Positions 47,497-63,784 of a DNA stretch of 64,000 nt are shown here, piece after piece. The notes beneath the pieces were generated by a model. It was not told the DNA's origin, did no database searches, and worked only from the letters and a program-made list of their open reading frames with translations. Location of the stretch: positions 1-64,000 of the forward strand of contig DF237364.1 in the NCBI GenBank assembly GCA_000708835.1, written 5' to 3'. The number at the start of each line of letters is the position of its first letter. Position 1 is the first letter of the stretch. The stretch is from Klebsormidium nitens (lineage: Eukaryota > Plantae > Klebsormidiophyceae). A program made the translations under genes and the position numbers.

Positions 47497-50400
47497 ATGT
47501 CCGACCTAGACCGTCAGATTGAGCAGCTGCGGCGCTGTGAGCCTTTGAAGGAGAGTGAAGTAAAGGCGCTATGCACAAAAGCGATGGAGATCCTGGTGGA
47601 GGAGAGCAACGTGCAGCGTGTCGACTCCCCTGTCACGGTTGGTATGCTGGAACTCTCCTTGCAGGAAGTCTTTTGTGGGAGTACCAATCCCCGGCTAGTT
47701 TACAAGGGTTTACCCTGTTCCCCAGTTGCTGTCTGTGGTGGTAAATCAAAAGTCCATCTTTCTACGAGGCACATGGTAAAGTGGTACGAGTTACCGCTTG
47801 AGCGTCTTTCTTGTGGTTGTCAGCCCCTCTCAAATGATGACCAGTGATCGTACATCAAGAATTTTTGATGGACCTACTAGGTTGAGAACTAGGTTGAGAA
47901 AGCAGGTTTAGTGCGGGGCTGCTACTGTCAGCAAAACACCTAGAAGCAGCCCCTGACCTTGAAATCATGGGGCAACACTCTCGCTTTCAATTTGTGAAAG
48001 TACGCCGTGATGCACAAGAAAGTAGGGAGTTCATCGTGCGCGCCGTGTCCACTCTGGTGGAAGGCGCTGTGCTAGTCGCTCAAAACTGATCGTTAGTGGC
48101 ACAAACACCAGTGTAGGGGCGCACTCGACCTGCTAGCGCACACTTCATGTATCTCATTCTCGCTGGGCGATTGCGTGGCAATTGCCTCTGAAGTGTCTGA
48201 CTGGTAGAAAAGTTTAGATCCACTTAACAATATTTCAAGTAACTCTTTTTAAGTGACTCTCGTTTTTTGCTGTCCAGCTCTGTGGAGACATCCACGGCCA
48301 GTTCTATGACTTGAAAGAGCTGTTCACGGTTGGGGGGGAGTGTCCGCAGACCAACTACTTGTTCATGGGGGACTTCGTAGATCGAGGCTTCTACTCGGTG
48401 GAGACTTTCCTCCTCCTCCTTGCCCTCAAAGTGAGCTCCCTCGAGAACCGATTGGAGATCAGAGTTGCCATAAGCAGCTCATTCTGAGGATTTTGCAGTT
48501 TGACATTCAAGAAAGTCAGTTTGGCATACAAGAAAGTTCGTACCATGAAATGATTGCTGTGTACGCCTGCATTACAGAGCATGGAAGAAGCACTTGTTTT
48601 TCATAGCGCCCTTCCAGATCAAAGGCGGCTAGCGGACTCACGATTGTAAGGCGGCTCAAGGGGAGTCCTTCGGTGAAGAAAACAGTGTACGGTCAGATTA
48701 CGTTAGTCATGAATGTAATATATGTGTACTATCTACGAGTGAGGACAGACAGATACGAGTGACCCTGTCTGATTGTTGAGGTGGTTCTTGCAGGTACGCT
48801 ATCCAGACAGGATAACGTTGATACGCGGCAATCATGAAAGTAGGCAGATTACGCAGGTAAGTATCCCTCATGTTTGCGAAATGCGAAGTCCCCCAAGTAT
48901 CTTCTAAATGGTTCGTTTCATCCTTGACAAACGCGTCTCCTTGCAGACAGTGCTTGATGGAAGGCGCTGTAACCACCATGCATCCACTACTGAGACCTTG
49001 CGGCGTATCTTACATCGTACCCTGGAAGTGTTGCAAAACAAGAATGTTCAATAACGTTCTACTGCAGATTCTCCGAACCACAAGATGTATGAAAGTTGGT
49101 TCTGTAGATGACCGCCTCTCTGCTCAGAAGTTGAAAGTCTGAGCTCTGTGGAAGATGTTGAAAAGGCTATGCAAGCATAGCGCTGGCTTGTTGAGAAAGC
49201 AGACCCTTCCGTCGGCTTTACTTTCAGGTGTACGGGTTCTACGACGAATGTTTGCGGAAATACGGGTCCGTCAACGTGTGGCGATACTGCACCGACATAT
49301 TCGACTATCTAAGGTGAGGGACACCTCCCATGTGACTTGGCTGTCAAGGGTCCTGCTCTACAAGATTCTCGACGAACTGAAGTAGTTTGCAACACGACTG
49401 CGTTCTGGATCCAATAGTGTTTGATGATGGGCTTCTACCTTTGATGAGTTTGAGCGTCGGTGCTGGGAGCCGGCTCCAAGTCCCAATACTTTCCCAAACA
49501 GTGAAACCGCAAGTTCTGGCAACACAAGTCGTGGAGCAAGCATGGATCGTCATGTCCGTCTCTCTTGTCACGTGCCCTGCGCTTCCTTAGGTTAAGATCT
49601 CCTCATAGGGGAAAGAAATATTGACAGGATCAAAGTTTGATTTCCCTCAACGATGTGTGGGCGTGCTTATTTGCTCCGATATCCTCCGACCTACGTTCTG
49701 CATGGTTGATTCGATTGACATCAGTCGTTCATCCATTGTGTTGATTTGCTCTCCCTGATCTCTTGCCCTCTTGCAGTTTATCGGCGCTCATCGACAACCG
49801 AATCTTCTGCGTGCACGGGGGCCTCTCACCTTCGATCAGCACCCTTGACCAAGTGAGCTGACGAAACTTTTGGCTTGCGCTGAGGCAAATCGCGTCATCT
49901 TCCAATTCTTTTGTAAGCCGGCAGCCGCTTCTAGGGGACCTTCTTTAGCATCGCGCGTCTTCAAGCAGTAAGAGAGAGAAGTTCTGGTTTCTCAAGTGAG
50001 CATTGAGGTTTGCCTACCGTCAGCCGCTGTTTCCAACGGCGTCACAAATCCAACGGTCTCGATTTCGGACGGCAGTCTTACGAGGATCTTGGCACCATGC
50101 GATCGGCCTTGTCCACGCATGGCCTACGCCCACTTCAAGCAGACAGCCCACTCCTGGTGCGGCCCTGACCTGTTTTTCTTCTCAACATTGTCCATCGTTC
50201 AAGTCCTTTAAAGTATACTAACCCGCTCGTTGAAGGGTTCAGTTGCTCTGGCGGACTGAGCCTTTTCTCCGATTTCAGGAGATTCGAACCCCTTACTCGC
50301 ATCTCGGATCCGTGCGGTTGGTGCACCCAGGAGGCGCTTAGGCGAGTGGCGCAATGTGCGAGTTGCAAAGGTTTGATTTATCGAGAGCTCAATTTTGATG

Positions 50401-52023
50401 AACCATCTTAATCAATTCCACCTTCTTTCTCCCCCAGATCCGCGCAATTGACCGGAAGCAGGAGGTCCCCCACGACGGTGCGATGTGCGACTTGCTGTGG
50501 TCGGACCCGGAAGAGATCGAGGGGTGGGGCCTGAGCCCGCGGGGGGCAGGATACCTGTTTGGGGGTGACGTCGCGACGACCTTCTGCCATGACAACAAGG
50601 TGAGAGGAGACAAGGAGCGAGCGGTTCAAGGAAAGTGACGCAGAAATGGTTGGGAAACTGTATTGTCCGTTTCGCACTCGCTCATGTAATGAGCCAAGCA
50701 GGATCTCATGTAATGAGCCAAGGATCCTGTGAGCATGCTTGAGCAGCGTTCACATGTCAAGCGACGCAAGAGAGTACCTTATTCATAGCAACGCAGGATT
50801 GGTTCGAGAACTGGAATCTTATTTAACTCAGCCATTTTGATGTTAGGCATCCTTGAGCGACGGCCGATAGAACTAGCAAGTTGCAATTAGTTGCGTTGAG
50901 CTAGCCTCAAATGGTTGGGAACGAGGAATAGGCCACTCGAGGCAGTAGCCGACTCTCAAAACGAGCAAGGGGTTTCTTGAACGACGGGGTTTAAGTGCAC
51001 TTGAACCCTGTTGGCGAACAATCATTACGCTCTTTTCCACACGCATCGTTTGCTAATTTGCGCTCGCTAATGTTATGCCCCTCTCTTTTGATGCGAAGGT
51101 GGAGCTGATAGCGCGCGCGCACCAGCTGGTGATGGAGGGCTACAAGTGGCTCTTTAACCAGCAGCTCGTCACCGTTTGGTCTGCGCCCAACTACTGCTAC
51201 CGGTGAGCCTCCTTCCGCGGCACGTCAATCTTGGAAGCAAGTTGTTCTCGTTTTGAAGTCGTTGGCGTTGTGGCTCTTGTTTATAAAGCTGTGGCGCGCT
51301 GTCGAGTGCACGACTGCCAATGCCTTGGAGAGAGAGTCGGAAGCTTGATGCACTAGATGTTTGCTTTAGAGTACTCTTCCCTTCATTCAGCGACTAGATC
51401 ACAGCGAACGAACTGATCCAATAGCGTGGAGAGCGGAGCCATTGCGTTGAGGTCCTGGATAGAACGTTTGGCGTTTGAAATGACATCTCGGAGAGTGCGA
51501 GTCATGGAGAAGCGCTCCGTCGTGTCCCATCGTTCGATAACCAGTGAGCTTGAAGCGGGGCAAAGGGCTCGTTCTATAGGCGGTCCTTGCTTCCTTGCTG
51601 GAAACCTGTCGACCATTCCGCCAGAACAGGCTGTGCCTGTCTTATCTAAGCTGGGTGCGCTTGTGCAGGTGTGGGAACGTGGCCGCTATTTTGGAGCTGG
51701 ACGAGCATCTAGAGAAGAAGTTCACCGTCTTCGAAGCAGCACCCCAGGTAATTTGGTTTTCACGAACCGTCTCTACTTGCATGCCCAATGCCAGCCTTTA
51801 AATCCCTGAGGCAACCGTTCACTTAACACCAAGACAATCTGCCGTACATTCGCTGTTTTTGGTTCTGTCACGCGCTTCTCGCACTTTAGAGTTCCTTCTA
51901 GAGCAGGAGTCTTTGCAGTGATCTTGCAAGGACCGTCTTTTTTGACTTGACGTTACTTGTCTTCTCTCACAGGATGTTCGAGGCGTTCCCTCTTCCAAGC
52001 CTGCTCCGGACTATTTCCTTTAA
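47497..52023 (+). CDS. PPX: Serine/threonine protein phosphatase 4 catalytic subunit (9 exons)
   Basis: [26 protein letters not shown] (PP4-type N-terminus). [51 protein letters not shown] and SAPNYCY lie in GT-AG exons. It ends PAPDYFL*. Confidence 0.95.
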
Positions 52024-52895
52024 GCAACTACCCAAAAAAGCCGCTTCGCGAATGCGATTAGCTCTAAAGCCACTTGCATGAGCCACTCGATCTTAGGGGA
52101 CTTCATATCCCCGTTCTTGTACTGTATGAAGAAGGAAGAAGGCCTTATGTGAGTCTGCTTCCGGCGTTTACTTGTCTAGAATGGTCACACGGCTCTTTGG
52201 AATGTTGAACCGTCGAGAAGGTAGCAAACCTGGCAAGCTGTAGGAATCATATCTGGTTTACGCAACGCTAGTCAACCATTGCTTATGCAAGATTGCTAGG
52301 GACGAGGCCGTCGAGTCGATGGTCGGGTTTTCTACAATTAAGAGCTCAGCTCCGGAATGCTTGCTCTATGGGTGCTCCAGTCCAACCTTTGATTGAGCTT
52401 CGTACGAGGGACCAGACTTCGGGCCTGCCTGCACTGTAACAGTTTCATCATTGCAGCGCCGAGCTCAATGCTGCCAAATGATGCCGCTGCTCAAGTGTCA
52501 ATACCTCATAGCCCGCACCGCCTTGCAGGCCGCGAAGTAGGTCGTGGTGGTGAATCGTGCTCGCGGCTCTCGGAATGGCGATGCAAGCATTTCAAGAACA
52601 TGTTCATGGCAGCTTGCCGTTGATTGATCGGAGTTTATAAACTTATCACCCGCATCTTATACGATGCGGGCTTGCAAATTGTCTTATAATTAGCTGAGCC
52701 TGCATGTGCATGCCGACCAGATACTGCCTGGCATGCGCATGCATGTGCATGATATATTGCCTTCAATGTAGCCTGAAGTCGAATTCGAGCTCTTAGTAGC
52801 CTGGCGGCTAGCTAGCCGCGGCGGCCCCGATACTTGCATGATGGCGGCACCATATACACATGAGCCTAGCCTAGCTAGCCCTACTAACATATATA

Positions 52896-53626
52896 CCGTA
52901 GTGGAACGTAATGATTCCGAATGCTTGAAAACCTTATTTATTTTATTGAATGCGAGCGACTTTCAGCAATTATTTTCCTGAATCCGACCCTGAATCCGAA
53001 TGGTCCTGAGAATTAAATTCGGATTCTCATTTTGCCTGTCCAAATTCTACGGCAGGCACTGTGAACACTTCTCCAACGTTTATATATACAATGAAATCAT
53101 GAAAAGCTTGAGCACCATGCGTAATGAATCACTATCTAGCTGATTGTATGCACCTTCAACGTAGCGCGGGAGAAAGCTTCTTGCCAAACCCGAAGGAAAG
53201 GATGTCAGACTGCCGGCTCTTTGCTCTAGCATTGTTTGAAGCGGAGACTGTAGCGCGTCCTATGGTGGCCAGCCTTGCTGGCTGTTCTCCTGACATTGCG
53301 CCCTTTTGTTCCGTCTTGTCAAAACCTCGTCTGATCTGTGTGCTACAGAGCAGACTGCAAGCTACCTGGGGTAGCCGCCGCGCCGCGGTCGCGCGCCCGG
53401 CGCGGCCGCGCCCAGCCATGCGCTCAGCGGCCGCGCTGTGCTGCAAGCCCTGGCCATACGGGCGCCGTCGGAGTTTATTTATAAATCCGAATTTTCAAAA
53501 TCCGAATGCTGGAATGGAGTTATTTTCTGAATGCGAATCTGCACTTTCCGAACCCAAAAGTGGGTTTCTAACTTTCCGAAGGCAAATAATTATTTATTTA
53601 TTCGGAATCATTACGTTCCACTACGG
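52896..53626. mobile_element. MITE (731 bp), Tc1/mariner-type, with 27-bp perfect TIRs and a TA target-site duplication
   Basis: CCGTAGTGGAACGTAATGATTCCGAAT at 52896-52922 and its exact reverse complement ending at 53626. TA on both flanks (52894-95, 53627-28). Subterminal TCCGAA repeats and no transposase. Confidence 0.9.
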
Positions 53627-54378
53627 TACGTTGAATCACTCAGCTAGTCATGTGTACATACGCATGCATAAGTCAGTGCACACGGTGACAGTACAATGAT
53701 CGATCGAACTAGCTGCATCACATGGCATTGACACTTGTAGTTTAATCCTGGTGTCGCGTTCAAAGTTTATCTGCCCGGCCCGGCCGTCACTGGCCGTACT
53801 TATAAGCTAGTTGACGTGTCAAGGTTGCCGTACGTAGACCAAGAGTGGCCGCCTGTTAGAGCATACTAAGTCATGGTGCCGGCTGCGGGGAAAAAGCCAC
53901 TGACAGCCCAGCCACACCGTACATTAACGGTAAACAGAAAGGCAGTTGTACGATGAGAGATGCTAACACATGTGGGCCACGCTAAAAATATGTGGCCGCG
54001 GCCTCGCAAGACTGGAAGCCACGGATTGAAAGACGGGATTGTTGCGTGTCCGAGCTAGCCTGTTCTTTGCAATCTTCGATGGCCGCATAACAGGGCAAAG
54101 AGTTGACTAGCAATAAATTGAATAGCTCCAGCCCGGAGAAATCTGGAGGCTTTCATCTAAAAACAATTCCACTCAAGGTGGAAAGACTGCTTTCTGGTTT
54201 AGCGCTACACAGTGAGGGAACCTCTGCACAGGATCGTCCCTGTAAGCGGCAATGTAAGTTCGACCGAAGAGCATTACCCTCCAACGGTTTACCTTATTGC
54301 ATCCTGATTTTGGAGCCACAGTCGCGGCTCACGGCTGTCCCTTCCGTCCCATCACATTGACACAGTACCAATCGCATG

Positions 54379-57300
54379 TCATGATTCGATATGTGAGAGG
54401 ATGCCCTGCAAGTGGAGATTACACGCCTGATTGATGCCCACTTATTGGCGATGTGCCGGATAAGTTTTTCAATTTGAGCGACCAAAAGACAAGTAGTCCT
54501 CCCGTGGACGAGACTAGAAACATTTGCTATTGAAAGAGATTGGGACGAAAAGGGCAAACGAATAACAACAACCTCTCAAGAAAAACTGAAATCAGAAAGT
54601 GAAAGACGTCACGTAACGGCTTTAGCGGTCGACCTCGATGACTATCCAATGAAGCGTTGATCGGCATTATGCGGCCATGACAAGAGTTTTACGTTCTCAC
54701 TCCGTTCTTGAGAGGTTTGAGTGTGAAACGAATATTGTACAGCGTAGTGACCTTGAACAATGAGAGGCTCCGCCTCAGCGCGCTTCGTGAGATGCCGCAA
54801 CCGAAACAGGAAGACCTTGGGCAACGAAGAGGTGGACCTATAACGAATTGGGGCTCTCATAAGCGCGCCCTGGCTTGTACTCTGAGCGACTTGACCTCGG
54901 CTCGGGCCCACACACTGCAGAGAGTTGAACGAAGGCGGAAAGGACGGGGCCTTAGGAGTGGAAGAAAGCGCGCCATTCCAATTCAAGGACAAGGCAATCC
55001 TGAGGCACTATGGGCGGTTGACCTATGCAATGAGTGGTTCGAGTTTGATGAATTGGCGCGTGCAGGTTACGACAGGCCAAAAAGGGGCCCAACCAGAGCA
55101 GAAATGAACCGCAAGAGTTGGAACGTGTGGGCTCCTGAGGCCGGTGGAAGTCGTTGAGGCGTGCCGACCGGCGCGATGAGCGGCTCCGCCCCGGCGCGCT
55201 GGCAGAAGTGCAGAGAGGCGAAACTAGGACGGACTCCTAGGACGGACTCGAACGGCATTGGGACGAATTTCGACAAAAAGAGGGCCTCAGAAAAGAATTC
55301 AAATTGCACGCTGACCTGCGCGATGAGCGGCTCGGCCTCGGCGCGCTTGATGAAGTGTCGCGTGTGCGGCACGAGGTGCACGACCTTGTCGTCCAGCAGC
55401 ATGGCGCCCGCGTCGCGCAGCACCTGGCACTCGATGTACGGGTCCTTCGGGGGAAGCATGTCCTGTGCCATTTGGGGATGTAAGGGCTTTGCTTCTTTTC
55501 TTCAAAATCGGAGACTTTGGGATCTGCGCCTTTGAGGTTTCCAAAACGGCGAATTTGAATAGATGTACGGGTCCTTCGAGGGAAGCATCTTTTGCCATAG
55601 GGGTGGGGGGGTTGAGTTGCTAGAATCTGCGTCGCGTAAGGTTTACAGAGGCGATTTCGAACGAATGTATGGACCCTCCGGGGGATCATGTCCTGCAGCT
55701 CCTGCTACAGGGGTTGGGGGTTTGGATTGTATAACCTCAGCGTTTTCGAAGTTCAAAAAACGACAACTCTGAATAGGCGGATGGATCCTTCGGGGGGCGC
55801 ATGTCCTGCCAACGCGGATGGCGGTTCCGACATTGACAATTTGCGTCTTCGAAGTTGCCAAAATGAAGAATTTGAATGGATGTACCGGTCCTCCGGGAAG
55901 CGGATGTCCTGCTAAAGGCTTTCGGGGACGTAAGGGCTCTGGTTTTCTAAAACTTCGGTACTGAGGAACTAAAACCTTTTTAAGAAACAAACCAGATGCG
56001 TACTTTGAGGGAGAGCCTGTCCTGTCACAGGGATTGAAGGTTTAAGGGCTTTGCTTCTTTCTTCGAAAACTGTAGACTTACACGGCTAAAAAATTCGGAG
56101 AAGCATGTCCTGACAAAAGGCGGAATTGCACAAGTGGCGTCGGGTTAAAAGGGTCCGCGATGCAGAACCAATCGGCTTTTGAGTCATTTTCCTAATAGTC
56201 TATCCTAATGTCACGCCGACTTGGGCTTTACAACCATATGATGAGGGACATGAGGAAAATTTCGCACACATGGCCTACGGCCTCTTGAAGACAACACGGT
56301 TTGTGGAATACAGGGCTTTCGAACACTACGGGTCCTTTCAATTTGAACTTTGCGCCAAACGCAACAGAACCATCAGCAGTCCCTCGGAGCTCCAATGGTT
56401 GATTGGCCAACTTAAGGAACTTCGCAGGCGTTCTTTGAACCGTTAGTACCAAAAGAGGAGCGCATGTACTGAAACCCTTTTTTTTCTCCTCACCATGACA
56501 GCATTCACGATCTTCTATTTCAGCTCGTGCTACTCACCACCGTCAGGTCGATGCCGATGCCGTCCGGCCCCGTGCCCATGTACTCCCCCAGCAGCTTGTC
56601 GTACGCCTTGAAGCAGTCCCGCTCAGCTGCGCTCAGCTTCTCGGACACGTTTTCGGGCAGGACCGCGCCTAGTTGCCACCGCAGCGCACGCACCTTCTCA
56701 GCACGCGTGTTGCTGCCATGCGAGCAGACGACGGAGTTGAGTGTCACACAAGTGTGCAGGAAACTTGCTCTTTTGCTGGAATGATTCTGGTCTGGAGTCG
56801 ATGCTGCCTTGAGCTTTCATCAACAGTTAGCAGAGTTTGTGCAGACTTTCGAACATCTGTGCAACAACCATTCAATCTTCCTCTCTGAAAGAAACATAGA
56901 ATACAGCCTACTAGGTTGGAACAAAGAGTCCGGTTTCGAAGAGTCTTTGGGGCGACTTTTTGCTCGACGTTCTTTAAGCAGCGGAATCCCTCCAAGTAAT
57001 TAGAGTCGCGCAAAAGAGAGAGTCATAGAACTCACGCATAGGCCAGCAGGCATCGCTTGTTGCGCAAGATGCTTTCGTGGTGAATGGCCACCGCAGCCCC
57101 GTCCTTTGGAGCCGCACCGGCGAAGCCGCTAGGTTCCTCGCTCACCCGACTTTACTCATGCAGAGAAGCGGGTCACAGTGAGCAGATCTCAAAAGTGTCA
57201 GTGTGTCACATCTAGCTGGCCCCCAGTCGACCAGTAACATTACTCGGATTTCTTGTGATATTGTTTCTAACAAATAGGGGAGGAAGGGGGCAGTTGTGCC

Positions 57301-57940
57301 CCTTCTTTTCATTGCCTCCACTTAGAAACGAGACGGGAGGACAAGCGGTTTGAGATGGGAAACAGAGTCTTCGAGGACCACTGCATGTTTGCTTAGATGC
57401 AAGCGGCGGGCGAATATTCATCCACGGCGTTGCAGTAGAATTCCACGGCTTACCTAACGATGTTTCTGATGTATGAGTAGTGCTCTCGAGTCTCCTCCAG
57501 CACCTGGCTCACCAGATCCTCCTGGAGATACGAAAACCGAGGTATTGGGTGAGATAGACAATTAACAAAGTTGTCCGTTCTATCTGTATCAGAACTTCGT
57601 CCGACCACTTGACTATGGGAAAAACAGGTGTGATTTCGTACATTCTAAACACAAATTTCTCCCTCAACAGCCGAGTGATCCAGACAACGAAAAATATTCA
57701 AATCAAAAGGGGCCCTGCGAGCGCAGACCGGTTGCTTAGCGAAGCCGCCGGCATATAATGCTATGAGTCCCGCATCGGGCGATAGCATGGGGAGAAGAAG
57801 GGCCCTTGCGCACAGTGGTTGATTGGTCTTGCAGGCAACTCATTAGTGAGGGATCCAGAGCGCACGTTGTAAGTGTTGATCTTGTCGGCGTCGGCGCGGT
57901 ACTCCTCCCTGACCAGCTCCGCTGCCTTGCGCCCAAACAT
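54379..57940 (-). CDS. GINS1: GINS complex subunit Psf1 (6 exons)
   Basis: MFGRKAAELV | EDLVSQVLEE | HHESILRNKRCLLAY | RAEKVRALRWQLG...GIDLTV | DMLPPKDPYIECQVLRD...AEPLIAQ (55462-55316) | GILSHIES* (54405-54379). The exon phases are consistent. Confidence 0.93.
54745..55200 (-). repeat. Degenerate copies of the PSF1 exon-5 3' end plus donor site in the downstream intron
   Basis: Copies at ~55169-55200 (AGAEPLIAP|gtc), ~55020-55063 (TRQFIKLEPLIA*|gtc) and ~54749-54798 (RHLTKRAEAEPLIVQ|gtc), with a weaker one at ~54835-54875. Confidence 0.85.
55462..56120 (-). repeat. Tandem ~90-130-bp degenerate copies of the PSF1 acceptor plus exon-5 5' end
   Basis: CAG|GACA starts at 56109, 56021, 55908, 55805 and 55692, a degenerate one at 55589, and the functional one at 55462. 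Most are followed by CC-GAAGGA-CCGTACAT-like sequence. Confidence 0.9.
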
Positions 57941-59230
57941 GCCGCCCCACTCTCACATGGGGCGGATTCCGTACCTACCCACCCCGCCCACTCCTGGAAG
58001 CACTCTGGCACCGCCCGCTGCAAAGTGGGGGCTTAGCCTGCAAAAGGGGGAGAAATGGCACCCGATGGACTGATGCAAAGAAAAGGCTCCTTTGGACTAT
58101 CTGGAGTGAACGGAGAGATTGAGTGAAAGTCCAGAAATCATGTGGTCTAGGGCGGCAAGCAGCATGTAGTGGAAGACAATCTGGGAACAAACAGAAAAGA
58201 GGCTTTGGATATTAAGGGCAGATAAAGACGAACATGCTTTCGGAGTGTACCAATGAAAGAGCCATTCCAAGTAAGAGAGTTCATCGTCAGAGTGTTGACT
58301 GCACTGGCAGACAGAAGCGGAGAGATGCATTGCTGCATGACAACTCTTGCACCAATCGATAAGTGGTGACGAACAAGAATGGGCACCGACTCAGCCAAAC
58401 CTGCCTACTTGCTGTGACGGGGACGAGCGCCTTACCCCTGTTAGATGCAAAACGTCTTCTTCAATCACTGGCTCTGATGCTACACCTGATGCATGCTATT
58501 GGCACAGTTCAGGTCGCCTGAATGCTGTTTGAGGCCCCTTTTTAGGAGTGCTTTCAGATACCACAATGATTGTGGATTGGACAGAGAATGCTAGCGGGTT
58601 TCAGGTGGTCGGCGCTGGTCAAAAGCTGAGTGTTCCACATAGCCCACGGGCTACAGCCCTTCCAGAACTTTGCAAAATCAGGCACGGGAGGGCTGCGCGG
58701 AAGCTCCCGCCCCTATTACGGTAGCTAGTGACCACTGTATGTTGCCTTCCTCCAACTCAGATCTGTTGCAAGTAAATGTAGATGATGATTATGAACCGTA
58801 AGTGAGGGCAGACAATGGAAGGCGCCTTGTGGCTGTGCTGTTTTCACTTTGTACAAATGCTCTATTTGGTCTTTTTACTCTTTTTCTGTGGAATGCATCA
58901 TTATTTGGAGAGTCTTGTCGAACTACCCACCACTTTTATTGCCCGATGTGTTATTCGATACGAGAGCATTACCCAGCCCGACTTTCTTGCACGTGAAGCA
59001 GGCTGGTCATCAGCTGCTGCCAGCTGCTTCCCTGCTTGCAAATTTCTGAATCTGAAACTTGAAAGGTCGCCTGAGGCTGAAGGCTGAAGAAGCGAGGAGC
59101 AGCTCAAACCTTTGTACGTAGTTTTGTTGGTTTCAGTACCCATCGTAAGGTAAAGAAAGAACAGCTCTCAGGCGCGGCGCTTTTGCCGGTTGCTTCATTT
59201 GAGTTCCCCTTTTGTGTCTCGCTGTTGCGT

Positions 59231-62494
<3,264 letters not shown>

Positions 62495-63670
62495 TGGTCA
62501 TCAAGTCCCTTTTTGGGATGTGCGCCCGCAACGTGGTCTCCTTCTTTGGTCACTCACTGCGTGCGCATTTCTACTGCACCACTTGCGGCAGCCCGGAAAG
62601 CTAGTGTTACAATCTTGAATGAATATATATCGCAGATGCGGCGTGCCGGGGCCGTGCAGAACTGTGCGCTCAATCTATTGTCACTTGTATGACTTGCATG
62701 CATATTGCATGGCTCGCGGCCGGCCATGCACGCCATGACTTATTTGTGAATCTGGTATCATGCACATGCAAACTTGAAATGCTTTTGTGACCTTGACATT
62801 TGATCATGCAACTGGTATACGGCTGCAGTCACTGCGGCTCGCGGGAGGTATATATCATGTGAAGGAAGCACATGTGCAGAGCTAGTAGCTTATTCCGAGG
62901 CAAGTCACTCGTAAACGGGCCGGCCGTGCGGCTTGCCCGTGATGATCCGCGAGCTGCATGGGGCCGCGCCGCGGGCTAGGTTAAAACGACTTAGTGCGTC
63001 TGGCTGGTCGCGACCGTCACCGGAATGATGCATGCCAGGAGTTCTGTTCGCTGACCCGAGGCGCCAATTGGTTGGTCCCCTATCATTGGCATCGATGTAT
63101 ATGGAATTGCCATCATGATTGACTCCATCCGTGTCAGTGTCATTGTTGGTTGGCCGCTTGCCGGGGTCGGTTGCTATGCACCACACATACGTGACTGTCA
63201 CATGGCGTGCTCCTGTTGCATAAGATCTAGCGAGCCACAGTAGGTACTAGGGTAGTGTCGCTGCATCTGTTAGAAAGGCACTCACTTATTGAACGTGGAT
63301 TCAAGTGGTGGATACGACTGGATCAACGTGACTTGTGAAACACGTAAACGAAAATTTGAGTACGGCAACACCAACGACAACGCTTGCTGTCAAGGGAAAC
63401 GGCATGGGATCGCGCTCCGCGTGATCCTGCCACGGCTCGGCGCAAATGCATCCACGGTTCTCTGCGCCCAAGTGAACCTTTTCTCCAGTGAACCTTTTCT
63501 AAATCCTACGGTGACTTTCTAGACGCAGAGACCTGGCAAGCAAGCAATCTCTCGTCTGTCATTTGCAATCCAGGAGGTCATTCTGGACAGGCAACGGCAA
63601 TACACCAACCGCCAACACAACCTATTTGACTTCCAGCAAGCCACCGCCCTCAAGTGAAAGTAGGGCCGCT

Positions 63671-63784
63671 TTAGTAGAGCCGCCCGGTGCAGCTGATTGC
63701 TCCACAATGGCAGGTTGCCTTCTTGATTGAGCCGTCCGGCTTCATGACGCTGTTCTTCTGGTAGCCGTAGTCGTAGCTCAGTTC
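63671..63784 (-). CDS. SUVH: Last exon of an SUVH (Su(var)3-9 homolog, SUVH4/KYP-like) histone H3K9 methyltransferase; the gene continues beyond the window
   Basis: The exon after CAG translates to ELSYDYGYQKNSVMKPDGSIKKATCHCGAISCTGRLY*, i.e. the SET ELxYDY motif plus post-SET CxCGxxxC. It is not in the supplied ORF track. Confidence 0.88.
   Translation of the reverse strand, partial: ELSYDYGYQKNSVMKPDGSIKKATCHCGAISCTGRLY

Noticed and set aside
53124-53699. 191-aa ORF as a transposase
   Set aside because: It has no DDE or HTH motifs and runs across the TIR.
55462-56120. CRISPR-like repeat-spacer array
   Set aside because: The repeats are degenerate copies of a eukaryotic exon junction, the spacers are mutually similar, and there are no cas genes.
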